The notes below the pieces were generated by a model. That model was not told the DNA's origin, ran no database searches, and saw only the letters and a list, made by a program, of their open reading frames with translations. Position numbers and translations under genes: made by a program. A stretch of DNA of 64,000 nt, taken from positions 106,640,001 to 106,704,000 of the forward strand of contig NC_082706.1 of the NCBI RefSeq assembly GCF_030144855.1. Reading direction: 5' to 3'. Positions within the stretch are counted from its first letter, which is position 1; each line of letters begins with the position of its first letter. This document shows positions 52,005 through 62,968 of the stretch, in pieces. This stretch comes from Hypanus sabinus. Taxonomy: Eukaryota.

Positions 52005-52122
52005 CAACACAACACACACAAAATACTGGAGAAACTCAGCAGGCCAAGCAGCGTTTATGGAAAAGAGTAAATAGCCGATGTTTCTGGCCAAAACTCTTCT
52101 TCAGGACTGGAAAGGAAGGCGA
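52005..52122 (-). mobile_element. Penelope-like terminal fragment retaining CUGAAGA and GAAAC hammerhead boxes
   Basis: Minus strand CCAGTC-CTGAAGA-AGAGTTTTGGCCA-GAAAC-ATCGG; helix II mismatched. Confidence 0.62.
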
Positions 52123-52244
52123 GAAGTCAGCGTGAGAAGTCCTTCAGCATCTGAAAATTTCTCCTTCATGTTAAGTGAGAGCAAGTTCGAACCCCCTAAA
52201 AAACGTCTAATGAACCGCTGTGCAATTCTACCAAGTTCTCATTT

Positions 52245-52402
52245 CATGCGGAGTAAGTATTAGTGTGTAGTTTTCAAATGGGGTTGGAAGGCGTGGTCTG
52301 TGACACGTTGACAGAAAGTGGGACGTGAAGCGTGGTGTTATTTATAACTAGCCAGGCCACATCTAAATCTGTGTCACATTCAGTCACAACTCGACAAACA
52401 AC
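52245..52402 (+). promoter_or_regulatory. V4 proximal promoter (ETS box mutated to GAGTAAGT 52251-52258; TATTTATAA 52339-52347)
   Basis: Conserved block shared with the other V genes. Confidence 0.58.
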
Positions 52403-52826
52403 ATGCGGCTGGGTTGCGTGGCTTTTGTGATACTTTTTCTCCGTTAGTTGATTGATTTTCATCCACTTACACTCTGTTTGTTTCAGTCTTTCAAACATGT
52501 TATGACTTTGATTTCTGTTTCCACAGGCAGATGTCTCGGTGTTGAATTGACACAGTCTCCGATGTCCATCACCCGAAATGAGGACAAAATGGTTAAAATG
52601 AGCTGTGATCTGGGCACAGCGAACACGGAGTATATCCACTGGTATCGGCAGCCAGATGGGCAACGCCCGGTCAGGATCCTTTATTACAATAAGGGGAGCA
52701 CCGTACGCGATGATGGATTTGATGACAGATTTACAGCGAGGATGGTTGGTCAAAAGCAGTATTATCTAATTGTGAAGCGTCTCCAGAAAGAGGATTCCGG
52801 CACCTATTACTGTGCCTATTGGGACC
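52403..52826 (+). CDS. TRGV: TCR gamma-like V segment V4 (leader 52403-52442, intron 52443-52526, V exon 52527-52826); open frame
   Basis: VELTQSP..MSC..IHWYRQ..RILYY..EDSGTYYCAYWD; intact splice sites. Confidence 0.88.
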
Positions 52827-52865
52827 CACACAGTGAAACTGCAACCGGTGCCGCTGACAAAAACT
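52827..52865 (+). other. RSS: CACACAG-23-ACAAAAACT (overlapping CACAGTG-21)
   Basis: CACACAG 52827-52833, CACAGTG 52829-52835, nonamer 52857-52865. Confidence 0.87.
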
Positions 52866-53429
52866 CTTCCTCAGCGTAGAGGCCGCACGAATCATTTCCG
52901 ACTCAGCGAATTCGCAGTTTATGCCATAAACTCCATCACCTTTCTTCGGAAAAACAACTCTATCCAATTCTACGGAAGTTACCGGATCAACGTCATCGAC
53001 AGTTTATACATTTCCACCCGTGGCTCGAGAACAGGGAGTTGGGAGAATATTTCCCTAGGGTACGAGAGCCCAGACTAGAAGGGATCGTTTTAAAGTGAGA
53101 GGGGAAAGATCTATAAGAGACCTGTGTGGTATGATTTTCAGAGAAAGGGCGGTGGGTACAGGTAACAAGCTGCCAGAGGAAGAGTTAGAGGCAGGGACCA
53201 TCCAGAGATTTAAAAGTCATTCGGGCATCTACATGGATAAGAAAGGTTCCGAGAAATACGGGTTAAATGCATGTAAACAGGACTGGTTTCCGTGGGTAAC
53301 TTGCTCGGTAAGGACGAGTTGGGCCGAAGGGCCTGATTCTGTGCTGTAGATCTCACTGGCTCTTAGAATTACTTCAGATATCTGCACGGTCACCACTCAG
53401 GCTCCTTTATTCCGTGGAAAACATTCCCG

Positions 53430-54132
53430 ACCAATAGAACCATGGAACACTACAGCACAGTACAGAACTTCAGCCCTCCATGTTGTGCCGACCCATATAA
53501 TCCTTAAAAAAAAGTACTAAACCCACGCTACCCCATAACCCTCCATTTTTCTTTCATCCATGTGCACGTCCAAGAGGCTCTTAAATACCCCTAATGTTTT
53601 AGCCTCCATCACCATCCCTGGCAAGTCATTCCAGCCACTCACAATCCTCTGTGTAAAAAACTTACCCCTGATGTCTCCCCTAAACTTCCCTCCCTTAATT
53701 TTGTACATATGCCCTCTGGTGTTTGCTATTGGTGCCCTGGGAAACAGGTAGTGACTATCCAACCTATCTATGCCTCTCATAATCTTGTAGACCTCTATCA
53801 AGTCCCCTCTCATTCTTCTACGCTCTAAAGAGAAAAGTCCCAGCTCTGCTAACCTTGCGTCATATGACTTATTCTCCAAACCAGGCACCATCCTGGTAAA
53901 TCTCCTCTGCACCCTCTCCATAGCTTCCACATTCTTCCTATAATGAGGTGACCAGAATTGAACACAATATTCTAAGTGCGGTCTCACCAGAGATTTGTAG
54001 AGTTGCAACATGACCTCTCTGCTCTTGAACTCAATCCCCCTGTTAATGAAGCCTAGCATCCCATAGGCTTTCTTAACTACCCTATCAACCTGTGCAGCGA
54101 CCTTAAGGGATGTATGGATTTGAACCCCAAGG
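53430..54132 (-). mobile_element. CR1-B 3' fragment (paralogue of 11270-11970)
   Basis: 180-aa ORF 53517-54059 with CR1 C-terminal motifs. Confidence 0.9.
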
Positions 54133-54249
54133 TCCGACCTCGTAAACTAAAATCCTCCAATCCCAGAAACATACCTTCTACATCTTCTCTAGTTCAATCA
54201 CAAACAAATATTTAAGCAATAAGTACTGTGAAAATGAGGCTTAAAACGT

Positions 54250-56260
54250 TGAAAGTGACTACATATGTTGTGGGAACATTTCAGTGATGGGGCAAGTGAA
54301 GTCATACCTTTTGGTACAAGAGCCTGATTGTGGAGGGGTAATACCTGTTCCTGAACCTGGTGGTGTGAGTTCTATAGCTCTTGTACGTGCTTTCTGACGA
54401 GAGCAGTGAGAGGAGAGCATGATCTGCAATGTGGAGGGGGGCAGGGTGGGTGCTGTTTCTGATGAAATTGTCATGGTCCAGTCCAAAGTTTGCATTCCGG
54501 TTCATGTCCCAGTCCATGGACTCCAGACTCCAGGTCCTCCGACTGTCCCTTGTTTCAGTTGGAGTCAAACATTTGCACCTGATGCTCATCTTGTTGGCTG
54601 GGACTATAAGTGGCTGCGGGATTGAGTGTCATTTGGGGGGTCGTCTTGACAGTCTCCCATTGGAGCAACCCACTGGTGGAAGGCTAGTGCATTCATTGAG
54701 TTATGGATCTGGCTGTTCCGTAGCCCGCCGGGTTTACCGGCAACCTCGAGTCTTGGGGCCACCCCAGACCGAGTTCCCTTCCTGTTCTTGGCCTCCGTCG
54801 GGTAAGCCAGGCCGTTTGCCGTTACCCTGAGGTTGGTTCTGTCCCTTCCTGTCCTTGGCCTCTGTCGGGTAAGCCAGGCCATTTGCCGTTTCCCTGAGGT
54901 TGGTTGAGTTGTGTCCTGTGTCCTGCCCAGGAGTCCAGCTCCAAGAACCCCAAGCCCCCAACCCCAATCACCAAGAACCCCTAGCCCCCAAGACTCTAGC
55001 CCTGAGCTACCCAAGCCTTTAAGAACTCCAAGCCTCCAACTCGTAGAACCCAGGCTTTGTCACGTCTTCACCTGGTGTGGGGGTCCGAGCCCGAGTCAAG
55101 GCCCAGGCTCTGGGTCTGTGTCCAGTCTTGATCTCAGAGTCCACCCCAGGCTCCTTGCTCCCAGTCCCTCGTCCTGGTCCTGCTTATGACAGCCCCCACT
55201 TATGACAGAAAGATGTTGCTTTCCTTAAAATGTCACTTCTTAAAACAGTTCCTCTCTGTGGATTTAAGTGATACTAGACTTTAGTCATTGAGGCAGGTTA
55301 CCGTGTTCTTCTTAGGCACCAGAATAAGTGAAGTCTGATTGAAGCAGATGGGTACATCAGCCAAAGTGAAAGGTTAATGATCAGTAAACAGTCCAGCCAG
55401 TTGATTAGCACTGGTCTTCAGTTCTTGGCCAGGTATCATGTTCTAGGCTGGATGATTTTCATGGGTTCATCTTCCTGAAGGCTGCCTGCACATCAGCCTC
55501 AGTGACTAAAACCACTCGATCATCTGGTGTTCTGAGTGTTTGTGATGGTTCCTCCATGTTTTGATGGTCGAAGCAAGCATAGAAGGCATTGTGTTCATCT
55601 GGAAGTGAGCCCTGGTGTCACCTATGTCACTTGATTTTACTTTATAAGAAGTGATAGCATTAAAGCCCTGCCACAACTGTTGAGTATTCTTCGTTGATTC
55701 AGGTTTAGTCTGGCAATGCCAGGTTGCCCATAAGGAGGCTTTCCAGAGAATGTACCAGGACCTCTTGTAATGTTATAGGTCACCACACGTGAATGCCTCT
55801 GATCTGGCCCTCAGCAAATTGCTGATTTCATGATTCATACAAGGCTTCTGGCAGGAGAAGACTCTGAATGATTTTTTGGGGAGACACTCATCTACAACTG
55901 TTTTTCTAAAGTCCATGATGTAGGTGCACATTGAACCTACATGGTGTAGGTGTATTTATTCAGATTCATAGATGAGTCCCTGAAAATGGCCCCGTCCACT
56001 CGAAGGAATTCCATACAGCAATAGCCACTCATCTGCCTCCCTCGACCACCTCTTTGTTGTCCTAAACTCTGGAAATTATATCCAGCTCCTTGATTCCCCT
56101 CCCTCATAGCTTGTGATATCTGCATATTGTCTTTCAGTGAATAATGTGCAAAGGTGTCCCGGGCCCTCTGGACATACACACCTTGCAAACTCCCATCATT
56201 TGCAGTAAAACTTCATTTAAACTAGTTAGGATGAAGTCATATTTTCTACAGTTCATTCCC
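54250..56260 (-). mobile_element. Rex1/Babar-like LINE with LTR-like insert (54714-55207)
   Basis: Paralogue of 12030-14130. Confidence 0.7.
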
Positions 56261-57286
56261 TTCAGCAACAAGTATTTCATTGGATATTACAGTGAGGGGT
56301 GGGGATAGAATGACCTATCAGTGCACAGCAGCAGCAGCCAGGCCAATGGCAGTACAGCTGGCTCTGAGGCTCAGCAGTGAAGGGTAAAATCAGGTCGCGA
56401 GATAGTGATAGGAGACTCAATAATTCAGAAATGAACAAGAGATTTGGTGGCCATTAAATAGACACAGAGTGGTGTGCTGCCTCCCAAGTGCTGGGATTAA
56501 GGATATCTCAGAGAAGCTGCAGGAGAGCTAGGGTAACCAGACAAAGGCCGTGGTGCATGTTGACACCAATGACATTGGTGAAGATGGGGAGGTGATTTTG
56601 CACATTGAGTATAGGGAGTTAGGGAATCCATTTTTTATTCCACAATTTAATGAAAAATTCCTTGGCAGATGAGCCTTCCATGTGTCATCTGAGCATTCCT
56701 GTGACAATAGTCTGATGAATAATGTATGAGTACTCCCTCCCCCTTCAATACCTCCTTCCCTGTCATGTCTAAATCAGTCAAATGCCAGAACATTCAGCTG
56801 CCAGTCCTGCCCCTCCTGTAACCATGTCTCAATAATAGTTTCAATATCATATCCAGACATGGATCCATTCTCTATGTGCATCAGCCTCACCTACAACTCT
56901 CTCTGTCTTCCAAGAGATGCAACTCAGAATAGTTATCCACCATGCTCAACTTTGCAGTTTCCATGTCTGCTTAAAAACAGGAAATTCCACAAATGCTGGA
57001 AGTACAAAGTTATATGCTCAAAATCTTTGCTTGTAGTCATTACATCTGTATGACAACCACATCATTGCTGTCCTGCCACTCTGGATACCAGCCCTCTTAA
57101 ACATTAGTTTGAACACTTCCAAGCAGGATTAGCAAACCTTCCTGAAAGGATATTTGTTCCTCTCCAGTTTGGGTGAAACTGTTCTGTTTCCTGACATCCC
57201 ACCTTCCCTGGAATGGAGTAATCCAAAAACTCTGAAGCCCTCCCCCATGCATCATACTTCCCACTAATAATACTGCATCTGTTAGT

Positions 57287-57554
57287 GAGACCATGGATTT
57301 GCACCTTGGAAGGTTTCCAAGGCGCAGGGTAGTTTGGGAAACATGCAGTTACCCAAGCTGCAAGCCTTCCCATTGCATTCCCAATGTTGGCCAAGGGCAC
57401 TAGAACCCAAGCAGCTTGGCACCAGTGTCGTTGCAGAGCAATGGGTTGTTAAGTGCCTTGCTCAAGCACACAACCACGCTGCCTCAGCTGAGGCTTGAAC
57501 CAGTGACCTTCAGATCACTAGACTGATGCCTTATCCACTAGGCCATGCACCAAC
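57287..57554 (-). mobile_element. tRNA/CORE-like SINE
   Basis: Paralogue of 23947-24231. Confidence 0.68.
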
Positions 57555-59071
57555 ACAACTTCACAGTAAAGGAAGAAGTTAGAAGAAGTTAAACTCGTAG
57601 TAGTTTATGAAATCAGGAGGAATATAGTGGAGTTATAGCCCTTTCCTAGGATTGGAGTGTCCAAAACCATAGGTCACTGATACAAGGTAATAGAGAAGAG
57701 ATTTAAAAGAGCACTAAAAGATAATTTCTTTATGCGGAGGATAGTGAACTGCTTGAGGAAGTGGTTGAGTTGGTGGATTTGTAATATTGAAGAGGTATTT
57801 GAATGGGTACATGGAAGGAAAGGTATTAGAGGACTATGAGTCAAATATAGCAGCTGGAACTAGCAGGGAGAATGTTGTGGTCAGCATGCACCATTGGAGC
57901 CGAAGGGCCTAAAGCCATACTCTGTTACTCAGTGGTTCTATGAAATAAAAACTTAAAATGCTTAAAATACACAAATGGACAGATGGTATCTGTGTAAAGA
58001 GAAACAGAGTTAAGGGAAGTCAAAGATAACATAAAAGCAAAAGAGAGGGCAGGAGGTCTGCAAAAGGACTAGGACAGATTAGGAGAATGGACAAAAAAGT
58101 GGCAGATGGAACATAGTGTAGGGAAGTGTATGGCGACGCACTCTGGTAAAAGGAATAAAGGCACAGACTGTTCTCTAAACAGAGAGAAAATGCAGAAACT
58201 GAATTTGCAAGAAGACTTGAGAGTTCCAGTGCAGGATTCCCTAAAGGCTAACTTGCTCTTTGAGTCAGTAGTGGAGGAGAGAAATGCAATGTTATCAATC
58301 ATTTCGAGAAGACTAAAATTTAATCAGAATAGAATGAGAATCAGGTTTAGTATCACTGGCATAGATCGTGAAATTTGTTATTTTGCAACTGCAGTACTGC
58401 GCAATGCATACTAACAATAAATTACAATAAGATATATATTAAATTAAATAAGTAGAGAAAAGAGAGCAAAGCATGTAAACAATAGTGAGGCAGTTTATGT
58501 GGATTCACTGTCCATTCCGAAATCTGATGTAAGCAAAATTGTAATTTTATGTCTTTATAAGACATTGGTAGACTATATATGGAGTATTGTGACTAAGTTT
58601 GGGTTCCATATCCGAGAAAGAATCTCCTGGCATTGGAGAGAGTCCAGAGTCCAGAGGAGGTTTAAGAGAATGGTTCCAGGAATGAAAGAGTTAATATATA
58701 AGGACCATTTGATGGCTCTGGGCTGTTCTTACTGGAGCTTAGAAGAATGAGGGGATATCTCCTTGAAACCTACCCAATATTTGAGTGCCTAGACAATGGG
58801 AGGAATTTTCCAATAGTGGGGGAGTCCAGGACCAAAGGGCACAGACACATAATAGGACATCCCTTCAGAACAGATACGAACAGGAATTTCCCTGAATCTG
58901 TGAAATTCAGTGCCAGAAACGGCTATGGAGGACAGGTTATTTGCTTTATTAAAAGCCGAGGCTGATAGGTACTTGATTAGTCATGGTGTCAAAGGTTACT
59001 CTGAGAAGACAATAAAAATAGGGCTGAAAGAGAAAACTGATCAGATATGTTTATGTGGCTGAGCTGACTCA

Positions 59072-60621
59072 TAGAAACATAGAAAACCTGCAGCACAATA
59101 CAGGCCTTTCAGCCCACAATGCTGTGCCAAACATGTACCTCCTTTAGAAATTACCTTGGGTTACCCATAGCCCTCTATTTTTCTCAGCTCCATGTACCTA
59201 TCCAGGAGTCTCTTAAAAGATCCTATCGTATTTGTCTCCACCCTCTGCGTAAAAAACTTACCCTCTGACATCTCCTCTTTACCTACTTCGAAGCGCCTTA
59301 AAACTGTGCCTTCTCATGCTAGCCATTTCAGCCCTGGGAAAAAGCCTCTGACTATCCACATGATCAATACCTCTCATCATCTTGTATACCTCTATCAGGT
59401 CACCTCTAATCCTCCATCACTCCAAGGAGAAAAGCCCAAGTTCACTCAACCTATTCTTATAAGGCATGCTCCCCAATCCAGGCAACATCTTGTAAATCTC
59501 TTTTGAACCCTTTCTATGGTTTCCACATCCTTCCTGTAGTCAGGTGACCAGAACTAAGCACAGTGGGGGTCACACCATGGTCCTATATAGCCGCAACATT
59601 ACCTCTCAGCTATTAAACTCAGTCCCACAATTCAAGAAGGCCAATGCATCGTATGCCTTCTTAACCACAGGGTCAACCTGCAAAGCAGCTTTGAGTATCC
59701 AATGGACTCGAAACCAAAGATCCCTCTGATCCTCCACACTGCCAAGAGTCTTACCATTAATACTATATTCTACCATCATATTTGACCTAACAAAATGAAC
59801 TACCTCACACTTTGCTGGGTTGAACTCCAACTAACACTTCTCAGGCCAGTTTAGCATCCTATCGTTGCCTGATTGTAACCTCTGAAAGGCTCCCACACTA
59901 TCCACAACACCCCCAACCTTTGTGTCATCAGCAAATTTACTAACCCATTCCTCCACTTCCTTCCAAGTCATTTATAAAAATCACGAAGACTGCGGGTCCC
60001 AGAACAGATCCCTGAGGCATATCATTGGTCACCAACCTTCATGCAGAATATGACCTGTCTACAACCACTCTTTGCTTTCTGTGGGCAAGCCAATTCTGGA
60101 TTCACAAAGCAATGTCCCCTTGGATCCCATGCTTCCTTACTGTCTCAATGAGCCTTGCATGGGGTGCTTTATCAAATGCCTTGCTCAGTTCCATATACAC
60201 TATATCTACTAATCTACCTTTATCAATGTGTTTAGTCACATCCTCAAACAATTCAATTAGGCTCGTAAGGCACAACCTGCCTTTGACAAAGCCATTCTGA
60301 CAATTCCTAATCATATTAGCCTCTCCAAATGTTCATAACTCCTCCCCCTCAGGATCTTCTGCACCAAATTACCAACCACTGAAGGAAGACTCACTGGTCT
60401 ATAATTTCCTGGGCTATCTCAACTCTTTTTCTTGAATCAGGGAACAATATCTGCAACCCTCCAATCCTCAGGAATATCTCCTGTTCTCATTGATGATGCA
60501 AAGATCATTGCCAGAGGCTCAGCAATCTCCTCCTTCACCTCCCACAGTAGCTTTCGGTACATCTCGTCCGGTTCCGATGACTTATCCAACTTGATGCTTT
60601 CCAAGGCCTCCAGAACATCCG
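59072..60621 (-). mobile_element. CR1-A from its 3' tail into the RT, interrupted by BEL/Pao
   Basis: Tail follows GCTGACTCA; shares diagnostic changes such as GTAGTCAGGTGACC with 2548, 5100, 31913 and 34500 copies. Confidence 0.88.
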
Positions 60622-62968
60622 TGTAATGTTCTTGCTCAAGTGTAAAAGAACTCTGAACTAAACACTGAGGTAAACCGTAGTCAATTAAGACCGGATCACA
60701 GTAAGATTAACTGTTTACTGTTCACTCTTCCACACTAACGTATGGTGAAAACTGTTGATAAAACAATACAAAATATATACAGTATTTGTTTCCTTCTTGA
60801 TATCACATTTACATCGTAAATACTTGCAAAAGTAAAACTACAACAACTACATTACATTAAAGTGCAACAGACAGTCGAAATCTACCTACGTCATTGACTG
60901 CTTTAAATACACTTCAACATAAACTATCTGCAACTCTTTAAGTAAAAAAAACATAAACCTTATCAACCATCATTACTTTTAACAGAATCAGCGTTAACAT
61001 TTTTAATTCAACATATCGATTATCTCATGAACTTACGGCATTGCTTCAGTATGTTTCTAGTGCAAAGAAAGAAAACTTTTCTCACGCTGATCCTGCACAT
61101 GTGAGCCCCCTCCTTCCCGTTTCTCCAAACCGGTATTTTCCCACAAGACGCGGCGAAACCGGGTGAGATGTCATCGCATGCCGCGATATATCACAGACAA
61201 CAAATTTACTTTAAACAATCTTAACTTTAAATAGAAAATGATAACAAATGAATTACTAAAGCAAAAATATTATAAACTAAACAAATGCCATAAAGGCAAC
61301 ACATTCCCTGCCTGACCTTCGTAGGTCACAATGAACATAATACAAAACTTCAGTCTCTAAATCAGTCCTTAGGTAGAAGTAGAATGACTTCTGTAACTGG
61401 CCTTTGGTAAATTTTCACATCACCTTGGTCAGTAGTTTTCAACTCAACCTTCCTGACATGTCCATCCCTACTAGGGAATGTGGCAGTGATTCTGGCCATT
61501 GGCCAGCTGTTGCGGGTGATTTGCTTGTCCCTGAGCAAGACTAAATCTCCTGCAGGGAGATTCCTGCAGGGTTCTGTCCACTTTTGTCTGTGTTGTAACA
61601 AAGGTAGATATTCATGTCTCCAACGAGACCAGAACTGATTTGCCAGAGCCTGGACCTGTCTCCATTGCTTTGTGTTCAAATCCTTATCAGAGAAGTCCCC
61701 AGGTGGAGGGGGAGCTCCTGCCTTCTGCGTAATGAGCATTGATGGCGAGAGTATGAAGGGGTTTTCTGGGTCAGAAGACACAGGTAGGAGTGGTCGTGCA
61801 TTTATAATGGCTGTGACCTCTGCCATTAGTGTGCACAGTACCTCGTGGGTCAATCGGGTGCGTTGCTGCAGAAACATTGAATCAAGAATTCTTCTGGTGA
61901 TACCAATCATCCGCTCCCATGTGCCTCCCATGTGAGAGGCATGTGGTGTGTTAAACTCCCAGTTGCATCCCTGCTGACTGAGGTACTTTTGCACCGTTTT
62001 GTCCATCCCCAGCTCCTTTGATGCTCCAACAAAGTTTGTGCCGCAATCAGACCTTAACTGTTTTGCAGGGCCTCTGAGCACAAAGAAGCGCCTGAGAGCG
62101 TTAATGCAGCTGGATGTATCCAAAGATTCGATGACCTCAATGTGTACCGCTCTTGAACTAATGCAGCTAAACATGATGGCCCACTGCTTGTGCTCTGCTT
62201 GTCCTCCTCTGGTGCATCTCATAGTGATAGTCCAGGGACCAAATACATCGAGCCCCACATATGTAAAAGGAGGACAGGCTTCGAGGCGTTCTGGTGGGAG
62301 GTCCGCCATACGTTGAGCTTCCAACTTGCCTCGCAGTTTCCTGCAGGTTACACATTTATGAAGTACTGAATTGATCAGTGTTTTACCTCCCAAGATCCAC
62401 AGTCCCGCTGCCCTTATTGCTCCTTCCGTCAGGTGATGGCCCTGATGCTTTACCTGTTCATGGTAATGGCGAGTGAGCAGTAAGGACACATGGCTGTCTT
62501 TGGGCAGGATTACTGGACTTTTTTCTGCAGCTGGAAGTTGGGAATGTATTAACCTCCAATGCAAATGATATCGTTCTTCATGATCGGGCTGAATTTCCTC
62601 AAAGGGCTGTCCTTTGGTATTGGTTTATTAACTTGGAGAGCTGAAAACTCCCCTGCAAAAGCCGCTCTTTGAGTTGCTTTAAAGATAACATCCTTTGCCT
62701 GGGTCAATTCATCCACAGTGCAAGGTAAGTTACATTTGTGCCATAAGAAATGGAGGAAATTGCGATGGTCCTCCTGTACTAAGAAGCAATGGAACATCAG
62801 CTGGATGTCCACTAAGATTGCAACCTTCTCCTTCCGGAAGCGCAGCAGGACCCCGAGAAGGGTATTGTTAAGATTGGGGTCTGTAAGGAGCACGTCATTA
62901 AGGGAGACACCAGCGCACTGAGCACTGGAGTCGAAGACCACCCTGATCTGATTGGGCTTTTGTGGGTG
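60622..62968 (-). mobile_element. BEL/Pao LTR retrotransposon: 3' LTR (60622-61303), PPT, integrase, partial RT; internally deleted
   Basis: LTR TG..CA of about 682 bp preceded on the minus strand by GGCAGGGAA; RT HPQKPNQIRVVFD..SLNDVLL..LLRFR. Confidence 0.92.
61362..62564 (-). CDS. BEL/Pao integrase ORF fragment (400 aa)
   Basis: HHCC zinc finger (H..H..CVTC), GLDVFGP, SRAVHIE, SDCGTNFVGA, GGTWERMI. Confidence 0.9.
   Translation of the reverse strand: MHWRLIHSQLPAAEKSPVILPKDSHVSLLLTRHYHEQVKHQGHHLTEGAIRAAGLWILGGKTLINSVLHKCVTCRKLRGKLEAQRMADLPPERLEACPPFTYVGLDVFGPWTITMRCTRGGQAEHKQWAIMFSCISSRAVHIEVIESLDTSSCINALRRFFVLRGPAKQLRSDCGTNFVGASKELGMDKTVQKYLSQQGCNWEFNTPHASHMGGTWERMIGITRRILDSMFLQQRTRLTHEVLCTLMAEVTAIINARPLLPVSSDPENPFILSPSMLITQKAGAPPPPGDFSDKDLNTKQWRQVQALANQFWSRWRHEYLPLLQHRQKWTEPCRNLPAGDLVLLRDKQITRNSWPMARITATFPSRDGHVRKVELKTTDQGDVKIYQRPVTEVILLLPKD

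Noticed and set aside
61362-62564. Domesticated integrase gene
   Set aside because: It is directly followed by a PPT and LTR and preceded by deleted pol sequence, i.e. an ordinary retroelement remnant
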